Made by a program: the position numbers and the translations under genes. Below are positions 17,001-29,000 of a stretch of 64,000 nt of DNA, piece by piece. The notes beneath the pieces are model-generated. The model made no database searches. It was not told the origin of the DNA and worked only from the letters and a program-made list of their open reading frames with translations. The first letter of the stretch is position 1, and each line of letters begins with the position of its first letter. The stretch is from Naegleria gruberi (taxonomy: Eukaryota): assembly GCA_000004985.1 (NCBI GenBank), contig GG738852.1; one strand, written 5' to 3'.

Positions 17001-20000
17001 NNNNNNNNNNNNNNNNNNNNNNNNNNNNNNNNNNNNNNNNNNNNNNNNNNNNNNNNNNNNNNNNNNNNNNNNNNNNNNNNNNNNNNNNNNNNNNNNNNNN
17101 NNNNNNNNNNNNNNNNNNNNNNNNNNNNNNNNNNNNNNNNNNNNNNNNNNNNNNNNNNNNNNNNNNNNNNNNNNNNNNNNNNNNNNNNNNNNNNNNNNNN
17201 NNNNNNNNNNNNNNNNNNNNNNNNNNNNNNNNNNNNNNNNNNNNNNNNNNNNNNNNNNNNNNNNNNNNNNNNNNNNNNNNNNNNNNNNNNNNNNNNNNNN
17301 NNNNNNNNNNNNNNNNNNNNNNNNNNNNNNNNNNNNNNNNNNNNNNNNNNNNNNNNNNNNNNNNNNNNNNNNNNNNNNNNNNNNNNNNNNNNNNNNNNNN
17401 NNNNNNNNNNNNNNNNNNNNNNNNNNNNNNNNNNNNNNNNNNNNNNNNNNNNNNNNNNNNNNNNNNNNNNNNNNNNNNNNNNNNNNNNNNNNNNNNNNNN
17501 NNNNNNNNNNNNNNNNNNNNNNNNNNNNNNNNNNNNNNNNNNNNNNNNNNNNNNNNNNNNNNNNNNNNNNNNNNNNNNNNNNNNNNNNNNNNNNNNNNNN
17601 NNNNNNNNNNNNNNNNNNNNNNNNNNNNNNNNNNNNNNNNNNNNNNNNNNNNNNNNNNNNNNNNNNNNNNNNNNNNNNNNNNNNNNNNNNNNNNNNNNNN
17701 NNNNNNNNNNNNNNNNNNNNNNNNNNNNNNNNNNNNNNNNNNNNNNNNNNNNNNNNNNNNNNNNNNNNNNNNNNNNNNNNNNNNNNNNNNNNNNNNNNNN
17801 NNNNNNNNNNNNNNNNNNNNNNNNNNNNNNNNNNNNNNNNNNNNNNNNNNNNNNNNNNNNNNNNNNNNNNNNNNNNNNNNNNNNNNNNNNNNNNNNNNNN
17901 NNNNNNNNNNNNNNNNNNNNNNNNNNNNNNNNNNNNNNNNNNNNNNNNNNNNNNNNNNNNNNNNNNNNNNNNNNNNNNNNNNNNNNNNNNNNNNNNNNNN
18001 NNNNNNNNNNNNNNNNNNNNNNNNNNNNNNNNNNNNNNNNNNNNNNNNNNNNNNNNNNNNNNNNNNNNNNNNNNNNNNNNNNNNNNNNNNNNNNNNNNNN
18101 NNNNNNNNNNNNNNNNNNNNNNNNNNNNNNNNNNNNNNNNNNNNNNNNNNNNNNNNNNNNNNNNNNNNNNNNNNNNNNNNNNNNNNNNNNNNNNNNNNNN
18201 NNNNNNNNNNNNNNNNNNNNNNNNNNNNNNNNNNNNNNNNNNNNNNNNNNNNNNNNNNNNNNNNNNNNNNNNNNNNNNNNNNNNNNNNNNNNNNNNNNNN
18301 NNNNNNNNNNNNNNNNNNNNNNNNNNNNNNNNNNNNNNNNNNNNNNNNNNNNNNNNNNNNNNNNNNNNNNNNNNNNNNNNNNNNNNNNNNNNNNNNNNNN
18401 NNNNNNNNNNNNNNNNNNNNNNNNNNNNNNNNNNNNNNNNNNNNNNNNNNNNNNNNNNNNNNNNNNNNNNNNNNNNNNNNNNNNNNNNNNNNNNNNNNNN
18501 NNNNNNNNNNNNNNNNNNNNNNNNNNNNNNNNNNNNNNNNNNNNNNNNNNNNNNNNNNNNNNNNNNNNNNNNNNNNNNNNNNNNNNNNNNNNNNNNNNNN
18601 NNNNNNNNNNNNNNNNNNNNNNNNNNNNNNNNNNNNNNNNNNNNNNNNNNNNNNNNNNNNNNNNNNNNNNNNNNNNNNNNNNNNNNNNNNNNNNNNNNNN
18701 NNNNNNNNNNNNNNNNNNNNNNNNNNNNNNNNNNNNNNNNNNNNNNNNNNNNNNNNNNNNNNNNNNNNNNNNNNNNNNNNNNNNNNNNNNNNNNNNNNNN
18801 NNNNNNNNNNNNNNNNNNNNNNNNNNNNNNNNNNNNNNNNNNNNNNNNNNNNNNNNNNNNNNNNNNNNNNNNNNNNNNNNNNNNNNNNNNNNNNNNNNNN
18901 NNNNNNNNNNNNNNNNNNNNNNNNNNNNNNNNNNNNNNNNNNNNNNNNNNNNNNNNNNNNNNNNNNNNNNNNNNNNNNNNNNNNNNNNNNNNNNNNNNNN
19001 NNNNNNNNNNNNNNNNNNNNNNNNNNNNNNNNNNNNNNNNNNNNNNNNNNNNNNNNNNNNNNNNNNNNNNNNNNNNNNNNNNNNNNNNNNNNNNNNNNNN
19101 NNNNNNNNNNNNNNNNNNNNNNNNNNNNNNNNNNNNNNNNNNNNNNNNNNNNNNNNNNNNNNNNNNNNNNNNNNNNNNNNNNNNNNNNNNNNNNNNNNNN
19201 NNNNNNNNNNNNNNNNNNNNNNNNNNNNNNNNNNNNNNNNNNNNNNNNNNNNNNNNNNNNNNNNNNNNNNNNNNNNNNNNNNNNNNNNNNNNNNNNNNNN
19301 NNNNNNNNNNNNNNNNNNNNNNNNNNNNNNNNNNNNNNNNNNNNNNNNNNNNNNNNNNNNNNNNNNNNNNNNNNNNNNNNNNNNNNNNNNNNNNNNNNNN
19401 NNNNNNNNNNNNNNNNNNNNNNNNNNNNNNNNNNNNNNNNNNNNNNNNNNNNNNNNNNNNNNNNNNNNNNNNNNNNNNNNNNNNNNNNNNNNNNNNNNNN
19501 NNNNNNNNNNNNNNNNNNNNNNNNNNNNNNNNNNNNNNNNNNNNNNNNNNNNNNNNNNNNNNNNNNNNNNNNNNNNNNNNNNNNNNNNNNNNNNNNNNNN
19601 NNNNNNNNNNNNNNNNNNNNNNNNNNNNNNNNNNNNNNNNNNNNNNNNNNNNNNNNNNNNNNNNNNNNNNNNNNNNNNNNNNNNNNNNNNNNNNNNNNNN
19701 NNNNNNNNNNNNNNNNNNNNNNNNNNNNNNNNNNNNNNNNNNNNNNNNNNNNNNNNNNNNNNNNNNNNNNNNNNNNNNNNNNNNNNNNNNNNNNNNNNNN
19801 NNNNNNNNNNNNNNNNNNNNNNNNNNNNNNNNNNNNNNNNNNNNNNNNNNNNNNNNNNNNNNNNNNNNNNNNNNNNNNNNNNNNNNNNNNNNNNNNNNNN
19901 NNNNNNNNNNNNNNNNNNNNNNNNNNNNNNNNNNNNNNNNNNNNNNNNNNNNNNNNNNNNNNNNNNNNNNNNNNNNNNNNNNNNNNNNNNNNNNNNNNNN

Positions 20001-23000
20001 NNNNNNNNNNNNNNNNNNNNNNNNNNNNNNNNNNNNNNNNNNNNNNNNNNNNNNNNNNNNNNNNNNNNNNNNNNNNNNNNNNNNNNNNNNNNNNNNNNNN
20101 NNNNNNNNNNNNNNNNNNNNNNNNNNNNNNNNNNNNNNNNNNNNNNNNNNNNNNNNNNNNNNNNNNNNNNNNNNNNNNNNNNNNNNNNNNNNNNNNNNNN
20201 NNNNNNNNNNNNNNNNNNNNNNNNNNNNNNNNNNNNNNNNNNNNNNNNNNNNNNNNNNNNNNNNNNNNNNNNNNNNNNNNNNNNNNNNNNNNNNNNNNNN
20301 NNNNNNNNNNNNNNNNNNNNNNNNNNNNNNNNNNNNNNNNNNNNNNNNNNNNNNNNNNNNNNNNNNNNNNNNNNNNNNNNNNNNNNNNNNNNNNNNNNNN
20401 NNNNNNNNNNNNNNNNNNNNNNNNNNNNNNNNNNNNNNNNNNNNNNNNNNNNNNNNNNNNNNNNNNNNNNNNNNNNNNNNNNNNNNNNNNNNNNNNNNNN
20501 NNNNNNNNNNNNNNNNNNNNNNNNNNNNNNNNNNNNNNNNNNNNNNNNNNNNNNNNNNNNNNNNNNNNNNNNNNNNNNNNNNNNNNNNNNNNNNNNNNNN
20601 NNNNNNNNNNNNNNNNNNNNNNNNNNNNNNNNNNNNNNNNNNNNNNNNNNNNNNNNNNNNNNNNNNNNNNNNNNNNNNNNNNNNNNNNNNNNNNNNNNNN
20701 NNNNNNNNNNNNNNNNNNNNNNNNNNNNNNNNNNNNNNNNNNNNNNNNNNNNNNNNNNNNNNNNNNNNNNNNNNNNNNNNNNNNNNNNNNNNNNNNNNNN
20801 NNNNNNNNNNNNNNNNNNNNNNNNNNNNNNNNNNNNNNNNNNNNNNNNNNNNNNNNNNNNNNNNNNNNNNNNNNNNNNNNNNNNNNNNNNNNNNNNNNNN
20901 NNNNNNNNNNNNNNNNNNNNNNNNNNNNNNNNNNNNNNNNNNNNNNNNNNNNNNNNNNNNNNNNNNNNNNNNNNNNNNNNNNNNNNNNNNNNNNNNNNNN
21001 NNNNNNNNNNNNNNNNNNNNNNNNNNNNNNNNNNNNNNNNNNNNNNNNNNNNNNNNNNNNNNNNNNNNNNNNNNNNNNNNNNNNNNNNNNNNNNNNNNNN
21101 NNNNNNNNNNNNNNNNNNNNNNNNNNNNNNNNNNNNNNNNNNNNNNNNNNNNNNNNNNNNNNNNNNNNNNNNNNNNNNNNNNNNNNNNNNNNNNNNNNNN
21201 NNNNNNNNNNNNNNNNNNNNNNNNNNNNNNNNNNNNNNNNNNNNNNNNNNNNNNNNNNNNNNNNNNNNNNNNNNNNNNNNNNNNNNNNNNNNNNNNNNNN
21301 NNNNNNNNNNNNNNNNNNNNNNNNNNNNNNNNNNNNNNNNNNNNNNNNNNNNNNNNNNNNNNNNNNNNNNNNNNNNNNNNNNNNNNNNNNNNNNNNNNNN
21401 NNNNNNNNNNNNNNNNNNNNNNNNNNNNNNNNNNNNNNNNNNNNNNNNNNNNNNNNNNNNNNNNNNNNNNNNNNNNNNNNNNNNNNNNNNNNNNNNNNNN
21501 NNNNNNNNNNNNNNNNNNNNNNNNNNNNNNNNNNNNNNNNNNNNNNNNNNNNNNNNNNNNNNNNNNNNNNNNNNNNNNNNNNNNNNNNNNNNNNNNNNNN
21601 NNNNNNNNNNNNNNNNNNNNNNNNNNNNNNNNNNNNNNNNNNNNNNNNNNNNNNNNNNNNNNNNNNNNNNNNNNNNNNNNNNNNNNNNNNNNNNNNNNNN
21701 NNNNNNNNNNNNNNNNNNNNNNNNNNNNNNNNNNNNNNNNNNNNNNNNNNNNNNNNNNNNNNNNNNNNNNNNNNNNNNNNNNNNNNNNNNNNNNNNNNNN
21801 NNNNNNNNNNNNNNNNNNNNNNNNNNNNNNNNNNNNNNNNNNNNNNNNNNNNNNNNNNNNNNNNNNNNNNNNNNNNNNNNNNNNNNNNNNNNNNNNNNNN
21901 NNNNNNNNNNNNNNNNNNNNNNNNNNNNNNNNNNNNNNNNNNNNNNNNNNNNNNNNNNNNNNNNNNNNNNNNNNNNNNNNNNNNNNNNNNNNNNNNNNNN
22001 NNNNNNNNNNNNNNNNNNNNNNNNNNNNNNNNNNNNNNNNNNNNNNNNNNNNNNNNNNNNNNNNNNNNNNNNNNNNNNNNNNNNNNNNNNNNNNNNNNNN
22101 NNNNNNNNNNNNNNNNNNNNNNNNNNNNNNNNNNNNNNNNNNNNNNNNNNNNNNNNNNNNNNNNNNNNNNNNNNNNNNNNNNNNNNNNNNNNNNNNNNNN
22201 NNNNNNNNNNNNNNNNNNNNNNNNNNNNNNNNNNNNNNNNNNNNNNNNNNNNNNNNNNNNNNNNNNNNNNNNNNNNNNNNNNNNNNNNNNNNNNNNNNNN
22301 NNNNNNNNNNNNNNNNNNNNNNNNNNNNNNNNNNNNNNNNNNNNNNNNNNNNNNNNNNNNNNNNNNNNNNNNNNNNNNNNNNNNNNNNNNNNNNNNNNNN
22401 NNNNNNNNNNNNNNNNNNNNNNNNNNNNNNNNNNNNNNNNNNNNNNNNNNNNNNNNNNNNNNNNNNNNNNNNNNNNNNNNNNNNNNNNNNNNNNNNNNNN
22501 NNNNNNNNNNNNNNNNNNNNNNNNNNNNNNNNNNNNNNNNNNNNNNNNNNNNNNNNNNNNNNNNNNNNNNNNNNNNNNNNNNNNNNNNNNNNNNNNNNNN
22601 NNNNNNNNNNNNNNNNNNNNNNNNNNNNNNNNNNNNNNNNNNNNNNNNNNNNNNNNNNNNNNNNNNNNNNNNNNNNNNNNNNNNNNNNNNNNNNNNNNNN
22701 NNNNNNNNNNNNNNNNNNNNNNNNNNNNNNNNNNNNNNNNNNNNNNNNNNNNNNNNNNNNNNNNNNNNNNNNNNNNNNNNNNNNNNNNNNNNNNNNNNNN
22801 NNNNNNNNNNNNNNNNNNNNNNNNNNNNNNNNNNNNNNNNNNNNNNNNNNNNNNNNNNNNNNNNNNNNNNNNNNNNNNNNNNNNNNNNNNNNNNNNNNNN
22901 NNNNNNNNNNNNNNNNNNNNNNNNNNNNNNNNNNNNNNNNNNNNNNNNNNNNNNNNNNNNNNNNNNNNNNNNNNNNNNNNNNNNNNNNNNNNNNNNNNNN

Positions 23001-26000
23001 NNNNNNNNNNNNNNNNNNNNNNNNNNNNNNNNNNNNNNNNNNNNNNNNNNNNNNNNNNNNNNNNNNNNNNNNNNNNNNNNNNNNNNNNNNNNNNNNNNNN
23101 NNNNNNNNNNNNNNNNNNNNNNNNNNNNNNNNNNNNNNNNNNNNNNNNNNNNNNNNNNNNNNNNNNNNNNNNNNNNNNNNNNNNNNNNNNNNNNNNNNNN
23201 NNNNNNNNNNNNNNNNNNNNNNNNNNNNNNNNNNNNNNNNNNNNNNNNNNNNNNNNNNNNNNNNNNNNNNNNNNNNNNNNNNNNNNNNNNNNNNNNNNNN
23301 NNNNNNNNNNNNNNNNNNNNNNNNNNNNNNNNNNNNNNNNNNNNNNNNNNNNNNNNNNNNNNNNNNNNNNNNNNNNNNNNNNNNNNNNNNNNNNNNNNNN
23401 NNNNNNNNNNNNNNNNNNNNNNNNNNNNNNNNNNNNNNNNNNNNNNNNNNNNNNNNNNNNNNNNNNNNNNNNNNNNNNNNNNNNNNNNNNNNNNNNNNNN
23501 NNNNNNNNNNNNNNNNNNNNNNNNNNNNNNNNNNNNNNNNNNNNNNNNNNNNNNNNNNNNNNNNNNNNNNNNNNNNNNNNNNNNNNNNNNNNNNNNNNNN
23601 NNNNNNNNNNNNNNNNNNNNNNNNNNNNNNNNNNNNNNNNNNNNNNNNNNNNNNNNNNNNNNNNNNNNNNNNNNNNNNNNNNNNNNNNNNNNNNNNNNNN
23701 NNNNNNNNNNNNNNNNNNNNNNNNNNNNNNNNNNNNNNNNNNNNNNNNNNNNNNNNNNNNNNNNNNNNNNNNNNNNNNNNNNNNNNNNNNNNNNNNNNNN
23801 NNNNNNNNNNNNNNNNNNNNNNNNNNNNNNNNNNNNNNNNNNNNNNNNNNNNNNNNNNNNNNNNNNNNNNNNNNNNNNNNNNNNNNNNNNNNNNNNNNNN
23901 NNNNNNNNNNNNNNNNNNNNNNNNNNNNNNNNNNNNNNNNNNNNNNNNNNNNNNNNNNNNNNNNNNNNNNNNNNNNNNNNNNNNNNNNNNNNNNNNNNNN
24001 NNNNNNNNNNNNNNNNNNNNNNNNNNNNNNNNNNNNNNNNNNNNNNNNNNNNNNNNNNNNNNNNNNNNNNNNNNNNNNNNNNNNNNNNNNNNNNNNNNNN
24101 NNNNNNNNNNNNNNNNNNNNNNNNNNNNNNNNNNNNNNNNNNNNNNNNNNNNNNNNNNNNNNNNNNNNNNNNNNNNNNNNNNNNNNNNNNNNNNNNNNNN
24201 NNNNNNNNNNNNNNNNNNNNNNNNNNNNNNNNNNNNNNNNNNNNNNNNNNNNNNNNNNNNNNNNNNNNNNNNNNNNNNNNNNNNNNNNNNNNNNNNNNNN
24301 NNNNNNNNNNNNNNNNNNNNNNNNNNNNNNNNNNNNNNNNNNNNNNNNNNNNNNNNNNNNNNNNNNNNNNNNNNNNNNNNNNNNNNNNNNNNNNNNNNNN
24401 NNNNNNNNNNNNNNNNNNNNNNNNNNNNNNNNNNNNNNNNNNNNNNNNNNNNNNNNNNNNNNNNNNNNNNNNNNNNNNNNNNNNNNNNNNNNNNNNNNNN
24501 NNNNNNNNNNNNNNNNNNNNNNNNNNNNNNNNNNNNNNNNNNNNNNNNNNNNNNNNNNNNNNNNNNNNNNNNNNNNNNNNNNNNNNNNNNNNNNNNNNNN
24601 NNNNNNNNNNNNNNNNNNNNNNNNNNNNNNNNNNNNNNNNNNNNNNNNNNNNNNNNNNNNNNNNNNNNNNNNNNNNNNNNNNNNNNNNNNNNNNNNNNNN
24701 NNNNNNNNNNNNNNNNNNNNNNNNNNNNNNNNNNNNNNNNNNNNNNNNNNNNNNNNNNNNNNNNNNNNNNNNNNNNNNNNNNNNNNNNNNNNNNNNNNNN
24801 NNNNNNNNNNNNNNNNNNNNNNNNNNNNNNNNNNNNNNNNNNNNNNNNNNNNNNNNNNNNNNNNNNNNNNNNNNNNNNNNNNNNNNNNNNNNNNNNNNNN
24901 NNNNNNNNNNNNNNNNNNNNNNNNNNNNNNNNNNNNNNNNNNNNNNNNNNNNNNNNNNNNNNNNNNNNNNNNNNNNNNNNNNNNNNNNNNNNNNNNNNNN
25001 NNNNNNNNNNNNNNNNNNNNNNNNNNNNNNNNNNNNNNNNNNNNNNNNNNNNNNNNNNNNNNNNNNNNNNNNNNNNNNNNNNNNNNNNNNNNNNNNNNNN
25101 NNNNNNNNNNNNNNNNNNNNNNNNNNNNNNNNNNNNNNNNNNNNNNNNNNNNNNNNNNNNNNNNNNNNNNNNNNNNNNNNNNNNNNNNNNNNNNNNNNNN
25201 NNNNNNNNNNNNNNNNNNNNNNNNNNNNNNNNNNNNNNNNNNNNNNNNNNNNNNNNNNNNNNNNNNNNNNNNNNNNNNNNNNNNNNNNNNNNNNNNNNNN
25301 NNNNNNNNNNNNNNNNNNNNNNNNNNNNNNNNNNNNNNNNNNNNNNNNNNNNNNNNNNNNNNNNNNNNNNNNNNNNNNNNNNNNNNNNNNNNNNNNNNNN
25401 NNNNNNNNNNNNNNNNNNNNNNNNNNNNNNNNNNNNNNNNNNNNNNNNNNNNNNNNNNNNNNNNNNNNNNNNNNNNNNNNNNNNNNNNNNNNNNNNNNNN
25501 NNNNNNNNNNNNNNNNNNNNNNNNNNNNNNNNNNNNNNNNNNNNNNNNNNNNNNNNNNNNNNNNNNNNNNNNNNNNNNNNNNNNNNNNNNNNNNNNNNNN
25601 NNNNNNNNNNNNNNNNNNNNNNNNNNNNNNNNNNNNNNNNNNNNNNNNNNNNNNNNNNNNNNNNNNNNNNNNNNNNNNNNNNNNNNNNNNNNNNNNNNNN
25701 NNNNNNNNNNNNNNNNNNNNNNNNNNNNNNNNNNNNNNNNNNNNNNNNNNNNNNNNNNNNNNNNNNNNNNNNNNNNNNNNNNNNNNNNNNNNNNNNNNNN
25801 NNNNNNNNNNNNNNNNNNNNNNNNNNNNNNNNNNNNNNNNNNNNNNNNNNNNNNNNNNNNNNNNNNNNNNNNNNNNNNNNNNNNNNNNNNNNNNNNNNNN
25901 NNNNNNNNNNNNNNNNNNNNNNNNNNNNNNNNNNNNNNNNNNNNNNNNNNNNNNNNNNNNNNNNNNNNNNNNNNNNNNNNNNNNNNNNNNNNNNNNNNNN

Positions 26001-29000
26001 NNNNNNNNNNNNNNNNNNNNNNNNNNNNNNNNNNNNNNNNNNNNNNNNNNNNNNNNNNNNNNNNNNNNNNNNNNNNNNNNNNNNNNNNNNNNNNNNNNNN
26101 NNNNNNNNNNNNNNNNNNNNNNNNNNNNNNNNNNNNNNNNNNNNNNNNNNNNNNNNNNNNNNNNNNNNNNNNNNNNNNNNNNNNNNNNNNNNNNNNNNNN
26201 NNNNNNNNNNNNNNNNNNNNNNNNNNNNNNNNNNNNNNNNNNNNNNNNNNNNNNNNNNNNNNNNNNNNNNNNNNNNNNNNNNNNNNNNNNNNNNNNNNNN
26301 NNNNNNNNNNNNNNNNNNNNNNNNNNNNNNNNNNNNNNNNNNNNNNNNNNNNNNNNNNNNNNNNNNNNNNNNNNNNNNNNNNNNNNNNNNNNNNNNNNNN
26401 NNNNNNNNNNNNNNNNNNNNNNNNNNNNNNNNNNNNNNNNNNNNNNNNNNNNNNNNNNNNNNNNNNNNNNNNNNNNNNNNNNNNNNNNNNNNNNNNNNNN
26501 NNNNNNNNNNNNNNNNNNNNNNNNNNNNNNNNNNNNNNNNNNNNNNNNNNNNNNNNNNNNNNNNNNNNNNNNNNNNNNNNNNNNNNNNNNNNNNNNNNNN
26601 NNNNNNNNNNNNNNNNNNNNNNNNNNNNNNNNNNNNNNNNNNNNNNNNNNNNNNNNNNNNNNNNNNNNNNNNNNNNNNNNNNNNNNNNNNNNNNNNNNNN
26701 NNNNNNNNNNNNNNNNNNNNNNNNNNNNNNNNNNNNNNNNNNNNNNNNNNNNNNNNNNNNNNNNNNNNNNNNNNNNNNNNNNNNNNNNNNNNNNNNNNNN
26801 NNNNNNNNNNNNNNNNNNNNNNNNNNNNNNNNNNNNNNNNNNNNNNNNNNNNNNNNNNNNNNNNNNNNNNNNNNNNNNNNNNNNNNNNNNNNNNNNNNNN
26901 NNNNNNNNNNNNNNNNNNNNNNNNNNNNNNNNNNNNNNNNNNNNNNNNNNNNNNNNNNNNNNNNNNNNNNNNNNNNNNNNNNNNNNNNNNNNNNNNNNNN
27001 NNNNNNNNNNNNNNNNNNNNNNNNNNNNNNNNNNNNNNNNNNNNNNNNNNNNNNNNNNNNNNNNNNNNNNNNNNNNNNNNNNNNNNNNNNNNNNNNNNNN
27101 NNNNNNNNNNNNNNNNNNNNNNNNNNNNNNNNNNNNNNNNNNNNNNNNNNNNNNNNNNNNNNNNNNNNNNNNNNNNNNNNNNNNNNNNNNNNNNNNNNNN
27201 NNNNNNNNNNNNNNNNNNNNNNNNNNNNNNNNNNNNNNNNNNNNNNNNNNNNNNNNNNNNNNNNNNNNNNNNNNNNNNNNNNNNNNNNNNNNNNNNNNNN
27301 NNNNNNNNNNNNNNNNNNNNNNNNNNNNNNNNNNNNNNNNNNNNNNNNNNNNNNNNNNNNNNNNNNNNNNNNNNNNNNNNNNNNNNNNNNNNNNNNNNNN
27401 NNNNNNNNNNNNNNNNNNNNNNNNNNNNNNNNNNNNNNNNNNNNNNNNNNNNNNNNNNNNNNNNNNNNNNNNNNNNNNNNNNNNNNNNNNNNNNNNNNNN
27501 NNNNNNNNNNNNNNNNNNNNNNNNNNNNNNNNNNNNNNNNNNNNNNNNNNNNNNNNNNNNNNNNNNNNNNNNNNNNNNNNNNNNNNNNNNNNNNNNNNNN
27601 NNNNNNNNNNNNNNNNNNNNNNNNNNNNNNNNNNNNNNNNNNNNNNNNNNNNNNNNNNNNNNNNNNNNNNNNNNNNNNNNNNNNNNNNNNNNNNNNNNNN
27701 NNNNNNNNNNNNNNNNNNNNNNNNNNNNNNNNNNNNNNNNNNNNNNNNNNNNNNNNNNNNNNNNNNNNNNNNNNNNNNNNNNNNNNNNNNNNNNNNNNNN
27801 NNNNNNNNNNNNNNNNNNNNNNNNNNNNNNNNNNNNNNNNNNNNNNNNNNNNNNNNNNNNNNNNNNNNNNNNNNNNNNNNNNNNNNNNNNNNNNNNNNNN
27901 NNNNNNNNNNNNNNNNNNNNNNNNNNNNNNNNNNNNNNNNNNNNNNNNNNNNNNNNNNNNNNNNNNNNNNNNNNNNNNNNNNNNNNNNNNNNNNNNNNNN
28001 NNNNNNNNNNNNNNNNNNNNNNNNNNNNNNNNNNNNNNNNNNNNNNNNNNNNNNNNNNNNNNNNNNNNNNNNNNNNNNNNNNNNNNNNNNNNNNNNNNNN
28101 NNNNNNNNNNNNNNNNNNNNNNNNNNNNNNNNNNNNNNNNNNNNNNNNNNNNNNNNNNNNNNNNNNNNNNNNNNNNNNNNNNNNNNNNNNNNNNNNNNNN
28201 NNNNNNNNNNNNNNNNNNNNNNNNNNNNNNNNNNNNNNNNNNNNNNNNNNNNNNNNNNNNNNNNNNNNNNNNNNNNNNNNNNNNNNNNNNNNNNNNNNNN
28301 NNNNNNNNNNNNNNNNNNNNNNNNNNNNNNNNNNNNNNNNNNNNNNNNNNNNNNNNNNNNNNNNNNNNNNNNNNNNNNNNNNNNNNNNNNNNNNNNNNNN
28401 NNNNNNNNNNNNNNNNNNNNNNNNNNNNNNNNNNNNNNNNNNNNNNNNNNNNNNNNNNNNNNNNNNNNNNNNNNNNNNNNNNNNNNNNNNNNNNNNNNNN
28501 NNNNNNNNNNNNNNNNNNNNNNNNNNNNNNNNNNNNNNNNNNNNNNNNNNNNNNNNNNNNNNNNNNNNNNNNNNNNNNNNNNNNNNNNNNNNNNNNNNNN
28601 NNNNNNNNNNNNNNNNNNNNNNNNNNNNNNNNNNNNNNNNNNNNNNNNNNNNNNNNNNNNNNNNNNNNNNNNNNNNNNNNNNNNNNNNNNNNNNNNNNNN
28701 NNNNNNNNNNNNNNNNNNNNNNNNNNNNNNNNNNNNNNNNNNNNNNNNNNNNNNNNNNNNNNNNNNNNNNNNNNNNNNNNNNNNNNNNNNNNNNNNNNNN
28801 NNNNNNNNNNNNNNNNNNNNNNNNNNNNNNNNNNNNNNNNNNNNNNNNNNNNNNNNNNNNNNNNNNNNNNNNNNNNNNNNNNNNNNNNNNNNNNNNNNNN
28901 NNNNNNNNNNNNNNNNNNNNNNNNNNNNNNNNNNNNNNNNNNNNNNNNNNNNNNNNNNNNNNNNNNNNNNNNNNNNNNNNNNNNNNNNNNNNNNNNNNNN